The position numbers were made by a program, and so were the translations under genes. From Cyanidioschyzon merolae (Eukaryota), in NCBI GenBank assembly GCA_000091205.1, contig AP006498.2: 64,000 bases of DNA. One strand, written 5' to 3'. The notes beneath the pieces were generated by a model. That model made no database searches. It was not told the DNA's origin and saw nothing but the letters and a program-made list of their open reading frames with translations. Every line of letters starts with the position of its first letter. The first letter of the stretch is position 1. Of the stretch, positions 41,501-52,804 are shown in pieces.

Positions 41501-43437
41501 GTCTGGTTCTTCTTACAAGAGGTGAGCGTATCGAAGAAGACCTCCGCCTATCTACCTGCCTGTCTGCCAAACAAATATTGACGGAACCCAACCGCTTTCC
41601 AAACCAGGCGTGCCACAAGTCTAACAGTACTCTTCGGGCAAGTTTCCAGGTTTTGGCGCCACATCCTACGCGCTTCCGCAGGGTGCGTTTCATTCAATGC
41701 CGGTACACGGCTGCAGGCTTTCGTCGTACAGGCGGAGCTGCGTTCCCTTACTCCTCCACTTTGGAAACAACCTCTGCGTTATCAGAGAGAAAGGCTTGAA
41801 CTGCTGTGTCCTTGACGTTCATCGCGATGTTCGTTTATTTGCAGAGTTTCAGTTCTGCTCGCATGAGGCCAGTTGCAATATGCAAGGCACAATAGTGTCG
41901 GACTTGTACACTTTGTCGTTAATTATGCAGCACTGCAGGCAGGAACTCTCGCGAGAATAGTTAATGGGAGGGGGGTTGGAACTGTGAAGTGCCTCAACAC
42001 GGCATGTGCCGGTGACTCGGTTTGTCATGTTCTTCAGCAACCAGGTAGGCAGCCTCTGGGAGTCATTTTGTGCCGCTGCAAAAGAACCACCTTGCACCAG
42101 GGAAAACGTTCTTGTTTCCGTGAAACAAAAATAGGCGAATCTTAGGACAAAAGTAAAGATCGGTCTCTGTGATATAAAATCAGCCTCCGAGTTACCTGCG
42201 AGGAATGTGGAACTCGTGGAAAACAGCGGTCCTTTATGAGTGAAAGCCGTTGCATTCCACATGCAACGCTTTTCCGGTAGCGAATTCGGGTCCAGGTACC
42301 TCAATGTACATCATCGACTTGTAATTAATCAGACAGCGCTGTGGCGGCCACGTAGGATGGTAGATGCGTGCGCTCCTGTCCAGGCACGAAACTGTCAGCG
42401 CTCGCCTCTGTCTCCACGCCAGCTCACGGATGGTGCGATACCATGCTACGACTTGCATGAGATTCATGCACTGAAGAAGAGAAGCATGAGACAAGTCAAT
42501 TCGTAGTGGCATGCAGGCACAGACTCGTTCTATCACAAGCCAATGTTCCCTGTGCTGAAGCGTTCTTCAGGAGAATCAAAGTATGCCACCGCGCTACCCT
42601 GAGCGTTTTGGCTCCGTGCCTGTTCTGCCGCCTTCACCAAGCCGGGGCTCGAATCATTTCGATATCCTTCGGATGCTTGCTAGTGCGTTACGGGCATTTC
42701 CAGAGCACCGATGCGAAGCTGACTTCTGCTCCAGTGCCTCGGCATTGAAGTCTGTGCTCGCATGCGTTGACGAAGAATACACGGCGCGTTCGAAACTGAC
42801 GCGCCGTTTCCGGCCAATATCCCAGACGGACAGAGCTCTTCGCGGAGTCATTACTCTGGTGAACGCCACGCAACGCAGCTATCATGCGCCCGAAGACGGG
42901 ATTCGACCGTACCCAAGAGCGCCCCTGCCCAAGTGCGGCACACATCTCGTAAATGGATCCCATGTGATGGCCTCTTGTAGCGAAACTGCTACCGGATACG
43001 TTATCCGAGGCGAAACCTCGGCAAATGCCAAGATACACCGGCGTTTGCGACCAGTTCAACTGTCCCGGAGTGTGACTGCAAATCTTCGTAGAATATAGAG
43101 ATTCCCATCGCAACATATCTTTGTCTGGGCGGAAACGTTTGCAAAGTAGTTCTCCACGGAGCGACTCTTGGTGGGCGTTTCCCGCCACGGAGCGCAAACT
43201 GGCCCCTTGGGTGCGGCTTCCTGATGGCACTGTAGCTGCGCGACATGTGTGTGCGAACGAGTCGTTCCTGGGTACTATGATGTACGGAAACATGACAGTA
43301 ATGATTGCTTTCCCTGCATGGGGCCTCTTCGTGTTGTCGGCTCGCTTTCTGTGGCCCAGGGCTCTGCTAATTTGATGTCTGACGAAAATGGAAATCGTCC
43401 AATAAACTAACTCGGACGTACATGCGAAATTTTTGGA

Positions 43438-44780
43438 TCTTTCCGCAGTCATCAACACCAGCCTTGGCGGATTCTCTGTGACTGCTTCCATTAGATTTCT
43501 CGTAGCTACGACTTTAAATACGCCGGTCGATCACCTCCCTCAAGATCTGTCGTCAGAGCTCGACGGATATTGATGCCAGCATTAAAGTCCCGATTTCGCC
43601 GTCTCAGGCTGGTGCCAACGCATGCCATGCCCAGGCAAAAGTTGCGATCTTCGCTTTGTCTGCCATCTCCATTTTCTCTCCAGAGCAGCATCGATACGCC
43701 CTTCGCAGCAGCGACTCTTGGTAATGGTCACGCTTTTCCTGTTTGTCCAATACGCTTCCTCCTCTGAGCGCCGCCCTGTGGCGCGTGAACGCTTGCCCCA
43801 ACGCTCACAGCACATGCACGTGCTGGGTACAGAACCATCCCGCAAGTGCCGTCCTCCATCCACGCGCCCGGTACCGTACCCTGTGATCGACAGCTTATTC
43901 CGGGTAAGTCTGCGGCAGGTGCTCTGCCCGCTGAACACGAAAGCGCACGCCACTCTATTCGACAAAGGATTTGTGGATCGCGATGTTGTTCACGATGAAA
44001 CAAGTTCCGGACGGGAAACCCGCAGCAGCCAGAAGACTGAGGAGCTTCGAACAATCCACGCTACACTGGTGCAACGCGGTGACGCACTCTGCGCTGGGGG
44101 CGAGCGCTGACGTCAGTGCGAGTCCAAGACACTTCTCCGTGCAAGCAGAAGCGCTGGAGCCTCCGAGAGCCTCCGAGAGCCTCCGAAAGCCTCCGAGAGC
44201 CTCCGAAAGCCTCCGAGAGCATACCCCCAAGAGAGATATCGTGCTGTTGTCGAACCCTATTTCGTGGATGGCCACACAGAGTAGAGAATAACTCCTTCGG
44301 ACGGAATAGATCGTTCGGCGTTCGCAGTCCAGTCCGGAATCGGCACAAGCTCGCGAAGGAGTCCTCAAGGGAAGGCGTCGAGTTTTTTGGTCGCCAGTCC
44401 ATCAGAGCAGATTCCTACGCGCTCGGGTAGCCTCGAAACCAGAGAACTCTAAAAATTGAAGAATGCGTCATTTGAGCATATTACTCGTAAGGAAGGAGTA
44501 TGAGTGGCGTCTTCTGCGTATGAATTGGATGATGGTATCGGTTATTTTACGAACCCTTTTACGGGGACGTCGCGAATGACCGTGACTCTGGGGATGAAAC
44601 GCAGTCCAGCGGGAACGAGTCGAAGGGGTCATTCCGGAAAGACCACCGATGATCCTGGAGTTATATGAAAATCCCAAACCGATTGCTGCACTTTGCATGC
44701 CGAGGACGTGCAGCTAAAAGAATTTCGGGAGAATTGCAAGGCAGGAAGAGAGCGAAGAGTTCAGTGTTTCATTTGAATCT
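43438..44780. repeat. 1.3-kb direct repeat, copy A (composite of F-like RuvC-III fragment, C-family relic and minisatellite)
   Basis: Near-identical to 51274-52575, with only a handful of substitutions plus extra minisatellite units. Identical ORFs appear in both copies: 43506-43691 = 51341-51526, 43622-44110 = 51457-51945, 43582-43965 = 51417-51800. Confidence 0.85.
44157..44220 (+). repeat. 10-bp minisatellite (GCCTCCGAGA/GCCTCCGAAA), about 6 units
   Basis: gagcctccgagagcctccgagagcctccgaaagcctccgagagcctccgaaagcctccgagagc. The paralogous position 51995-52018 has only 2 units. Confidence 0.8.
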
Positions 44781-44868
44781 GGCTCGGCTGTTGTGCACTC
44801 GTCCAGAGGAGGCACCGAAATGCCTCGGAGAACGCTCGCACTGCACTCATCTTAAGGGACTCGTGGCA

Positions 44869-46935
44869 ATGGACTTCAAAGACTTGGTTGCTCTCCGTTG
44901 TGAACTTTCTGTGCAGAGTCTGACAGAAGTTTCGGCTGCACTCCGCCGCGTGATTCTGAGCAAGTCCTACTACGAGTATCAGGTAACTAGAGCGCCCCTG
45001 CGGAGTTTCCTCAACAACGGACCGCTATGGATTTTCCAGACTCTGAGCGGTGCAGGCAGCCTATGGGTATCAAACTTTTACGACACTTGCCGGGATCTCA
45101 TCGCGTCGGGAACGAGACCGGCAACAGGCACTTCCAGTTCTGCGGCGGGCGGCGCGCCAGCGAGGGCCTCACCGACCAGGGCGAGCGATAAAACAGAAAA
45201 GAAAAAGGCTCGGAGGCTGCTGGAGCTATGTCAGGCCGCACAGCCACCGGGGCTTCGCTCTTTGTGTGAACTAGAAAGGGCCCGATGCCAGGCTGCTGTG
45301 CATGCTCTCGGCCGTCTCGAGCGAGCCTTAGCAGTGTATCTTGGAAGGGCCCAGGAGGAGCTTTCTCGTCTACGAAGTTTAGTCGAGAAAGATCCTCAAA
45401 ATAGTTCTGAGTTGCGGGCACTCTTTCTCTCTTGCGACGAATTGCATCACCGTACACTAACAGCGCTGGAAGCAACCGATGTGGATGCTATCGAGGAGGC
45501 TGTTTACGCCCACTTGTTGGTCGATTCTGACGTTCTGGCTGATCTGGATCGCTGGGCTTCTATAATGAAAGAGGATGCAGAACGATTCATTACGCTCCTG
45601 CGCGATGTTCCGCGTAGATGGAACGTCTATTTGACTCTGGAAGAGCTCAGTCGCATCATGCCTGCGGCAGGACGTCAGTCCGGAAAGCGCCGCGGTCTGG
45701 GCTTCATCGAGCGATTGCAAAGGGTTTCGCTCATTTACCCATCGCACTTTGCGAGAAACTGGATACGCTACCTGTGCGGTACCCTGACCATCTTCTGGTC
45801 CTGGACGAAAATCAGCGCACATCGCGAGCATGTGATGCATATCGCACTGAGCGTACGTCAGGTTGTGAGAGGCTTCTGGGACGAGCGCATTATTACCCCG
45901 CTCACCATGATCTACAGGGAAATCTTTCAATCGTCGTATCGAACATTCATGGATCCGAAGGCGGTTCAGGCTGAGAAAGAGACCTTGAAGCGCATGGTTG
46001 TGGATTTTACCCGGGAGGCCTATGCGCGCCTCCCGGACGACCAGCGACAGGAAGCTGAACTTCTGGCTGCAAATGGTGATCTCACACCGGTCATGAAAGT
46101 CTACGAACGCCAGATTCGCAGCCCTGTGGTGAATATGCTTGCTGGTGACGTGATCAGAGCATTACTCATACAAGTCCAGAAACTCAAAGTTGATGTCGAG
46201 CAGGAGATGGTCGCTGTAGACTCCTTGGTTCGTTCGAACGAGCTCAATCTCCAGATCGCTGCTGCCGTTCCAGGCGTTCTTGGATGTTGCCTAGCGGTCG
46301 CGCTCCTGTACCGCTGGTTCAGGCGTTGGTGGTCGAGTATTCGCCTCACTGAAGTAGATCGTTTCGGAGGTGGCGGATATCTCTGGGCCAACGCCTTCGC
46401 CGAGAAGCTTCCCACCCGTGAGCGGGCCCGCCTCTTGCTACGAGATATCGAACGCTATCTGGTGTTGACGCTTTCGCTACGCGGCCCTGAAGCAGCTTCT
46501 GCGAGGCTTCAAGAGACGCCTCTGCTCCAGAAAGCACAAGTGCTCAACGGGAGAGCGCCGGCTTCGTTGGCGTCCGCTTCTCCGGAACGTGTGCAACGAG
46601 TATCAGATCGAACGCTCGCGACGTTCTTCCCTGGCGGTCTCGCTCAGGGTGAAACTGGCGAGAACCTCAAAAGCAGTGAAAATAGTGTGATTTTTCTCTC
46701 GACGGCTTGCATTGCTGAGTACGAAGACAAAGGACGTATTCTTCTCACCCTGGACGAACTGGAGGCCATGGTAACGAGCCGCGCTGGAGAGTTTGGGATC
46801 AGCCGCGGCTCTCAGCTGGAGACTCGCCTACGTGAAGATCTTTTGGACCTGAGATCATTCGCTCTCGACGCTGAACAAAAACTGCTCACAATCCTTCGAA
46901 TGCGCTCTACATATCCCTTTTTATGGGATCGCTAG
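44869..46935 (+). CDS. conserved hypothetical protein with one predicted TM helix (AAVPGVLGCCLAVALLYRWF)
   Basis: The 756-aa ORF 44665-46935 has its first 34 codons inside the 1.3-kb repeat (they are shared with ORF 52460-52675). The start was therefore placed at the Met of MDFKDLVALRCELS (44869). No family motif was recognised with confidence. A vague NCA2-like resemblance is unverified. Confidence 0.45.
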   Translation: MDFKDLVALRCELSVQSLTEVSAALRRVILSKSYYEYQVTRAPLRSFLNNGPLWIFQTLSGAGSLWVSNFYDTCRDLIASGTRPATGTSSSAAGGAPARASPTRASDKTEKKKARRLLELCQAAQPPGLRSLCELERARCQAAVHALGRLERALAVYLGRAQEELSRLRSLVEKDPQNSSELRALFLSCDELHHRTLTALEATDVDAIEEAVYAHLLVDSDVLADLDRWASIMKEDAERFITLLRDVPRRWNVYLTLEELSRIMPAAGRQSGKRRGLGFIERLQRVSLIYPSHFARNWIRYLCGTLTIFWSWTKISAHREHVMHIALSVRQVVRGFWDERIITPLTMIYREIFQSSYRTFMDPKAVQAEKETLKRMVVDFTREAYARLPDDQRQEAELLAANGDLTPVMKVYERQIRSPVVNMLAGDVIRALLIQVQKLKVDVEQEMVAVDSLVRSNELNLQIAAAVPGVLGCCLAVALLYRWFRRWWSSIRLTEVDRFGGGGYLWANAFAEKLPTRERARLLLRDIERYLVLTLSLRGPEAASARLQETPLLQKAQVLNGRAPASLASASPERVQRVSDRTLATFFPGGLAQGETGENLKSSENSVIFLSTACIAEYEDKGRILLTLDELEAMVTSRAGEFGISRGSQLETRLREDLLDLRSFALDAEQKLLTILRMRSTYPFLWDR

Positions 46936-46989
46936 CAGCTGTGCTACCGTATTGTTCCCTGCGATCCTGCACGTTATGCGCTCATCCAG

Positions 46990-47110
46990 TGCCCTGCGAC
47001 CGCTTGCCACTGAGTGCTTCTGTATGTTTTCACTCTGTACCTGCAATTCGTGCGCTCTGCCAAGCCTCTGTTATCGCTCGCCACTGAGTGCTCCTGTACG
47101 TTTTCACTTG
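46990..47110 (+). repeat. About 57-bp tandem repeat x2 just downstream of the 44869-46935 gene
   Basis: cgcttgccactgagtgcttctgtatgttttcactctgtacctgca and cgctcgccactgagtgctcctgtacgttttcacttggagcctgca. Confidence 0.5.
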
Positions 47111-48099
47111 GAGCCTGCATCTGATGCGCTCATCTCATCCATAGCGCATTGGTGAAAGACAAAGTCCTTTCTCAGAGGTATTTTTAAAAAGGCTCTTACG
47201 GATGAAAACTGTTCGTATGTGCACCGCAGTGGTGCCCATCGTTTTTTTTTTCGAGTCGGAAAGTGCTCTCGCTCTATCGCCTACCCCACCGGAACTAATA
47301 CTGCATACATCGTTGTCTCCAAAAGAAACGTTCCAGCGCTTGCCACGCAGTCTGTTGTACGTATTTCGTACAAGTGATGCATCGCGTCAACGATGGCACT
47401 CTGCCAGACTGCATTTCGTCGTTTCCAGGGCCTAGCACCCAGGGTCCGTTGAAGTGGGTCGCTGTTCGTCGCATGCAGCACGCAACCGGCATCGAAGAGA
47501 GTCACTGGAAACTACTCGAGGAGCAGTGCCTGCCTCTCGCTGCTAGATCCATTTACAGCTGTCGCAACTTGTTATGGCCATAATGTCCATGGAAACCGAA
47601 AAGCTACGGTAGGCAAGTAATATGTAACTGCATCGAATGCAGTGGTTGCAGCACCTCCATCGTAGCAGCAGTCAAACGATCATGGCGCTGCTCCTTTGGC
47701 GCATAACGCATAACGCGCGGGCGCATAGACTTGCATCTGTGTTGCCATCAATGCTCGTTTATTCCGTCGGGATTTCGAAGCGCCCACGATCGCAGTGGGA
47801 GGAGTACGAAACATGTGAAAGCACCAGATGCCGAATCAATCTCCCGTCCTCGAATTTGCACATGAAACCGTGGGATTCGTGCGTCTCCACAAGCCCTGGC
47901 TAATTTAAGATGCGCTTCTTGAGACATTTTTGATTGTGTGCCGTCTAACGCCAGCGTGGGCAACGTGAACGAGCCTCCAAGCTAGGACGCGACATTTTTG
48001 TCTTCTACACACATGCGAACATACATGGGAAAGGGTCTCGTACCGCTGGCGTACGCTCTAAAGATTGGGTCTCTCCCCATTGTAATCAACATGAGCCTT

Positions 48100-48600
48100 T
48101 GGGGGCTTCTCAGCGATTGTTTCCGCTTCCTCTCTCCTGTCCACGCCATTCGGTACACTAGTCGCTACAGTTCCGTTATCAGCTGTTGGAAGATGTGGAT
48201 GGCAGTGACAAAGACCCGATTTCGCTCCTTCTCGCTGTTGTCGACGAATGCAGTGCAGAGGCGGCAGTTACAACCTGCGCTTCTGTTGCTATTTTCAATT
48301 TTTTTGTTTACAGCCTCGGTTCGCCCTTCGCAGCAGTGGTACTTGACTGCCGTCACGTGTTCTCGTACGTCCATCTCACTTTTACCTCGAGCACCGCCTT
48401 GTGGTGCGTGACGGTTGCTTCATCACTCAGAACATGCCGTGGGCTGGTACGGAGGACTCCCCATAATGTCCTTCTCCGTTTCCGCACCTGGTCCCGTACC
48501 TAACGATTACGGACTCCTTCTGGGCGGTACAAACGGCGAGTGCTCTGTTCCCTGCACATGCGAGCGCATCCTGTTCCATTCGATAGTTGATGTTTAGAAA
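48100..48600 (-). mobile_element. C-family relic
   Basis: Plus ORFs 48186-48503 and 48415-48597 share H.R..HRSVH..DGY...LLGK...LFH-type frames with the other C copies. Minus ORF 48165-48374 is Cys-rich (KYHCCEGRTEA...SAGCNCRLC). Confidence 0.4.
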
Positions 48601-49406
48601 GAGACGTTGTCCATAATGAACCGAGTGAAGGAAAAATATTTCAGGCCGGAGATCAAGTCGGGATACTTAGATCCGTCTACGCCCTCGGCATGGGAAACGG
48701 TGACTCACGCTCCACTGGAAGCGATCGCTGGAATGCCTCGATTCCCAGTCCAGGAACTTTTCCATGGAAACAGAAAAGACGGGAATCGCTGGATCCGCAA
48801 TCGGTGAGAGGTTCATGCTGCTGCCGAATCCTGTATTTCGGATAGCCTGAAAGAGAGAAGGATTTACCTTTCGAACAGAGTCGATCATTAAATGTGACAA
48901 GTTAAGCGAAATTTCAGCATGAACTTCTTAACAAGGCCCTGATGGACGTTGTCGAGTTTTTCTCTCGCCAATCTAGCTATGCGAAGGGTTGCGACAACAA
49001 AGTTGCCTTCAAACAGCAATATGGAAAACTTGAGGAACGCATGATTTGAGCATGGAACACCTAGTGACTTGGGAAGATTGGAGGCTTGCGCGTGTGAACT
49101 GGATAATGATATCGTCTATTTTACGACCCGCCGTTCGAAGGCGTTGCGAATCATCTTAATTCGTGTGAAGTTACGAATTCCAGCAGCAAATAGTCGAAGA
49201 CGCCATTCCGAAGACACAACCGAGAATTCTAAAATCTACATATGAACCAGTAAGTCCTCACAGCTGTACTTTAAAATGTCGATGCTTAACGTCTAAAAAC
49301 AAGTGCGAATAAAAGTCGAAGTGCAGGAACATTGCGAGTAGTCCAGCGTTCCATTTTTAATCTGACGCAGTTGTGGAGGGACAATGAATCCCGGAGCGAC
49401 TTTGCC

Positions 49407-50189
49407 ATGCCAGAGCTGCCAGCAGTTGAGCGGGCTCGTCGTATGATCGATGCCTTATGTAAGAGCTATAGACGGATAAACGTTCAATCCGCACCCGATC
49501 CGAAACATGCCTCTGAGTTTGTGGACAAGCTTTTCGAAGGCAGGCTGGGGCTGGACCTGCTCGAGCGACGTGTCTGCGTAGGTCATGTGCTGCGGCAACT
49601 TGGCCGTCACGGCAAGAACCTGTGGTTTGAGTTCGACGAACCTCCCCACGTTTTCGTCCGCTTTCGAATGGCTGGCTCTTTCGTGGTTCGTGGTCACGAA
49701 GACGGCTACGTTTATGAGACTTTTCGCCGACGTACTGCCGCCTGTCGGTTCCACGACTCAGGAACGCCCCTCGTCTCAGTCTGGCCACCGAAGCATACAC
49801 ACATTGTTTTTAGTTTTGCTCCCTGCTCCCCAGGAGTAGATTCTGCCAGTATAAACGGTATCTCTGTCCGAGAGTTCGCGCTGGTCGACCCGCGAAAGGT
49901 TACGAGGATGCGCCTCAGCGACTCGTCGTGTCCTTCTGTCGAGATTCGAAGCCTCATAGGAGGCTTCGATGCGCTGCATGCGCTCCCTCCTATTGAGCGC
50001 TTCGAAAGGAAAATGTTAGTGTACCCGAAAGCGAATATCAAATCGTTGCTTTTGGGCCAGCGCTTCATCGCTGGGCTCGACAATTGGATGGTCGACGAAG
50101 TTCTTTATTACGCTCATATTCACCCGGAGAGTCGCACTTGTGACCTCACTCGTATCGATGTTGCAGCATTGCATCAGAGCATCGCATAA
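49407..50189 (+). CDS. formamidopyrimidine-DNA glycosylase (Fpg/Nei family), zinc-finger-less type
   Basis: The N-terminal MPELPAVERARRMI matches the catalytic P2/E3 PELPEVE motif (set as start, inside ORF 49332-50189). The H2TH region is KANIKSLLLGQRFIAGLDNWMVDEVLYYAHIHPESRTCDLT. Confidence 0.7.
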   Translation: MPELPAVERARRMIDALCKSYRRINVQSAPDPKHASEFVDKLFEGRLGLDLLERRVCVGHVLRQLGRHGKNLWFEFDEPPHVFVRFRMAGSFVVRGHEDGYVYETFRRRTAACRFHDSGTPLVSVWPPKHTHIVFSFAPCSPGVDSASINGISVREFALVDPRKVTRMRLSDSSCPSVEIRSLIGGFDALHALPPIERFERKMLVYPKANIKSLLLGQRFIAGLDNWMVDEVLYYAHIHPESRTCDLTRIDVAALHQSIA

Positions 50190-50513
50190 GTTGTGCGAAG
50201 CTCGTGTGATGCAAACGCAGACTTGGCCCTTTTCCCCTAAGACTGGCTCTTTCATATCCGGTGGCAAGGAGCAGCGAAAAGGAGACGCGGCCGCGACATG
50301 CATCAAGTCGTTATTACAGCAGACGGGAAAAGCAAATTTCATTCATGCTAGCGGACGTACAGCGGTATATGTACCCTCTCTGCAAAGAAAACGTGGCCAT
50401 GCCCGAAAGGTTTGCCACACAGACGCCGGCGCATAACAGTTGAAAACGTTAAAGTGTCTTCTCTTGCTGACTCGGACGAGCTTGCGTATTTCAAGTGAAG
50501 GACTTTTCACGCT

Positions 50514-51191
50514 TTGATGCCTCGCATAAAGCACGCTTCAACGAGCGACGGAAGGAGCAAGACGGTGACAACGCATGGCAAAGGAGGCTCTTCCACAGTG
50601 CGCTCGAGCAGAGCCTCCGCACGCGCCGGCACTGATGCACCTCGAAGCCTGGCCCGCACTGGGGGCGCGCAAGACCACAACTTGCGGCGTTGCAGCAGCG
50701 AATCAACAGAGGCTCTCTCTGATTCGGACACGAGCTGGAAGCGAAGCGACGCAGAGAGCGCGGACGAGACCAGTGGGGAGCACGACCGGTCAGCCACGCG
50801 GAAGCGTAAGCAAACCCAAGTTAGCGGAAGCGCAGTGAACGGCAAGAGAGCTGTTCGCGGAAATGGCGTAAGAGAGCTTGAACAGCCCACTGCAGCTGCC
50901 GCAACCGTGAAAACAGAGGCAGCTTCTCTGAAAAAAAAGCCCGCTGACAGTGCGAAAAAGTTGAAAGCATCGGAGGTCACCTTCGTTTTCGATGAACTTC
51001 GCAATGATCAACGTTTTATTACACCTCGCCAGCTCATGAGGGCAATCATGTGTCAAATGGGGCAACAAGAGGCTGAACAAATGACTGACAGCGACATCAC
51101 AGCGATGATTAGACTAGCCGACACCAACGGAGACAACAGAATCGACAGAGAGGAGTTTGAGAATTTTGTACAGAGAGAAATCCGTCTCTGA
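50514..51191 (+). CDS. EF-hand calcium-binding protein with Ser/Arg-rich low-complexity N-terminus
   Basis: The C-terminal canonical EF-hand loop is DTNGDNRIDREEF, preceded by a non-canonical partner helix-loop (FVFDELRNDQRFITPRQLMRAIM). Confidence 0.6.
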   Translation: MMPRIKHASTSDGRSKTVTTHGKGGSSTVRSSRASARAGTDAPRSLARTGGAQDHNLRRCSSESTEALSDSDTSWKRSDAESADETSGEHDRSATRKRKQTQVSGSAVNGKRAVRGNGVRELEQPTAAAATVKTEAASLKKKPADSAKKLKASEVTFVFDELRNDQRFITPRQLMRAIMCQMGQQEAEQMTDSDITAMIRLADTNGDNRIDREEFENFVQREIRL

Positions 51192-51273
51192 ATATACCAC
51201 TAAACCTATGCTCCATAAGTATGAAACGAGTCCTATCTGGACAATTCTGGTTTGCATATTCAAGTTTCTGTCC

Positions 51274-52575
51274 CTTTCCGCAGTCATCAACACCAGCCTT
51301 GGCGGATTCTCTGTGACTGCTTCCATTAGATTTCTCGTAGCTACGACTTTAAATACGCCGGTCGATCACCTCCCTCAAGATCTGTCGTCAGAGCTCGACG
51401 GATATTGATGCCAGCATTAAAGTCCCGATTTCGCCGTCTCAGGCTGGTGCCAACGCATGCCATGCCCAGGCAAAAGTTGCGATCTTCGCTTTGTCTGCCA
51501 TCTCCATTTTCTCTCCAGAGCAGCATCGATACGCCCTTCGCAGCAGCGACTCTTGGTAATGGTCACGCTTTTCCTGTTTGTCCAATACGCTTCCTCCTCT
51601 GAGCGCCGCCCTGTGGCGCGTGAACGCTTGCCCCAACGCTCACAGCACATGCACGTGCTGGGTACAGAACCATCCCGCAAGTGCCGTCCTCCATCCACGC
51701 GCCCGGTACCGTACCCTGTGATCGACAGCTTATTCCGGGTAAGTCTGCGGCAGGTGCTCTGCCCGCTGAACACGAAAGCGCACGCCACTCTATTCGACAA
51801 AGGATTTGTGGATCGCGATGTTGTTCACGATGAAACAAGTTCCGGACGGGAAACCCGCAGCAGCCAGAAGACTGAGGAGCTTCGAACAATCCACGCTACA
51901 CTGGTGCAACGCGGTGACGCACTCTGCGCTGGGGGCGAGCGCTGACGTCAGTGCGAGTCCAAAACACTTCTCCGTGCAAGCAGAAGCGCTGGAGCCTCCG
52001 AGAGCCTCCGAGAGCATACCCCCAAGAGAGATATCGTGCTGTTGTCGAACCCTATTTCGTGGATGGCCACACAGAGTAGAGAATAACTCCTTCGGACGGA
52101 ATAGATCGTTCGGCGTTCGCAGTCCAGTCCGGAATCGGCACAAGCTCGCGAAGGAGTCCTCAAGGGAAGGCGTCGAGTTTTTTGGTCGCCAGTCCATCAG
52201 AGCAGATTCCTGCGCGCTCGGGTAGCCTCGAAACCAGAGAACTCTAAAAATTGAAGAATGCGTCATTTGAGCATATTACTCGTAAGGAAGGAGTATGAGT
52301 GGCGTCTTCTGCGTATGAATTGGATGATGGTATCGGTTATTTTACGAACCCTTTTACGGGGACGTCGCGAATGACCGTGACTCCGGGGATGAAACGCAGT
52401 CCAGCGGGAACGAGTCGAAGGGGTCATTCCGGAAAGACCACCGATGATCCTGGAGTTATATGAAAATCCCAAACCGATTGCTGCACTTTGCATGCCGAGG
52501 ACGTGCAGCTAAAAGAATTTCGGGAGAATTGCAAGGCAGGAAGAGAGCGAAGAGTTCAGTGTTTCGTTTCAGTCT
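51274..52575. repeat. 1.3-kb direct repeat, copy B
   Basis: See copy A (43438-44780). The differences include gcaggattcctacgcgc versus gcagattcctgcgcgc and fewer minisatellite units. Confidence 0.85.
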
Positions 52576-52804
52576 GAAGGTTGTAAAGTGCGATTGGTCA
52601 ACGATACTTGCACTGCCCATCAAGAGAGTTTTACGGATCATCGTTTCCCCACCGCTGCCAAAAATTTGCAACTAAGCATTGCGAGCTGGATCATGTTCTA
52701 CATCGTGTAAAATCGATCCGCACTTGTCCAACAGAGGCATTCGTCCGTGCCCCTGAACGAAAGCCTCGCCTGGAATTCTCAACGTGAAGGTTCTCCCGTC
52801 CGTG

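Noticed and set aside
42688-43491. 267-aa minus-strand ORF
   Set aside because: Its first 17 codons lie inside the 1.3-kb repeat and are shared with ORF 51114-51326, which continues differently. No motif. Likely a spurious read-through from the repeat.
44157-44220. CRISPR-like array (also the 75-bp repeats at 29524-29748)
   Set aside because: The units are contiguous with no spacers, the context is eukaryotic, and the repeats are protein-coding or minisatellite in nature.
43438-52575. Interpretation of the two 1.3-kb direct repeats as LTRs of a retrotransposon
   Set aside because: The termini lack TG...CA. The internal 6.5 kb contains ordinary host genes (Fpg, EF-hand, membrane protein), not gag/pol. 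The repeats are themselves mosaics of other DNA-element relics.
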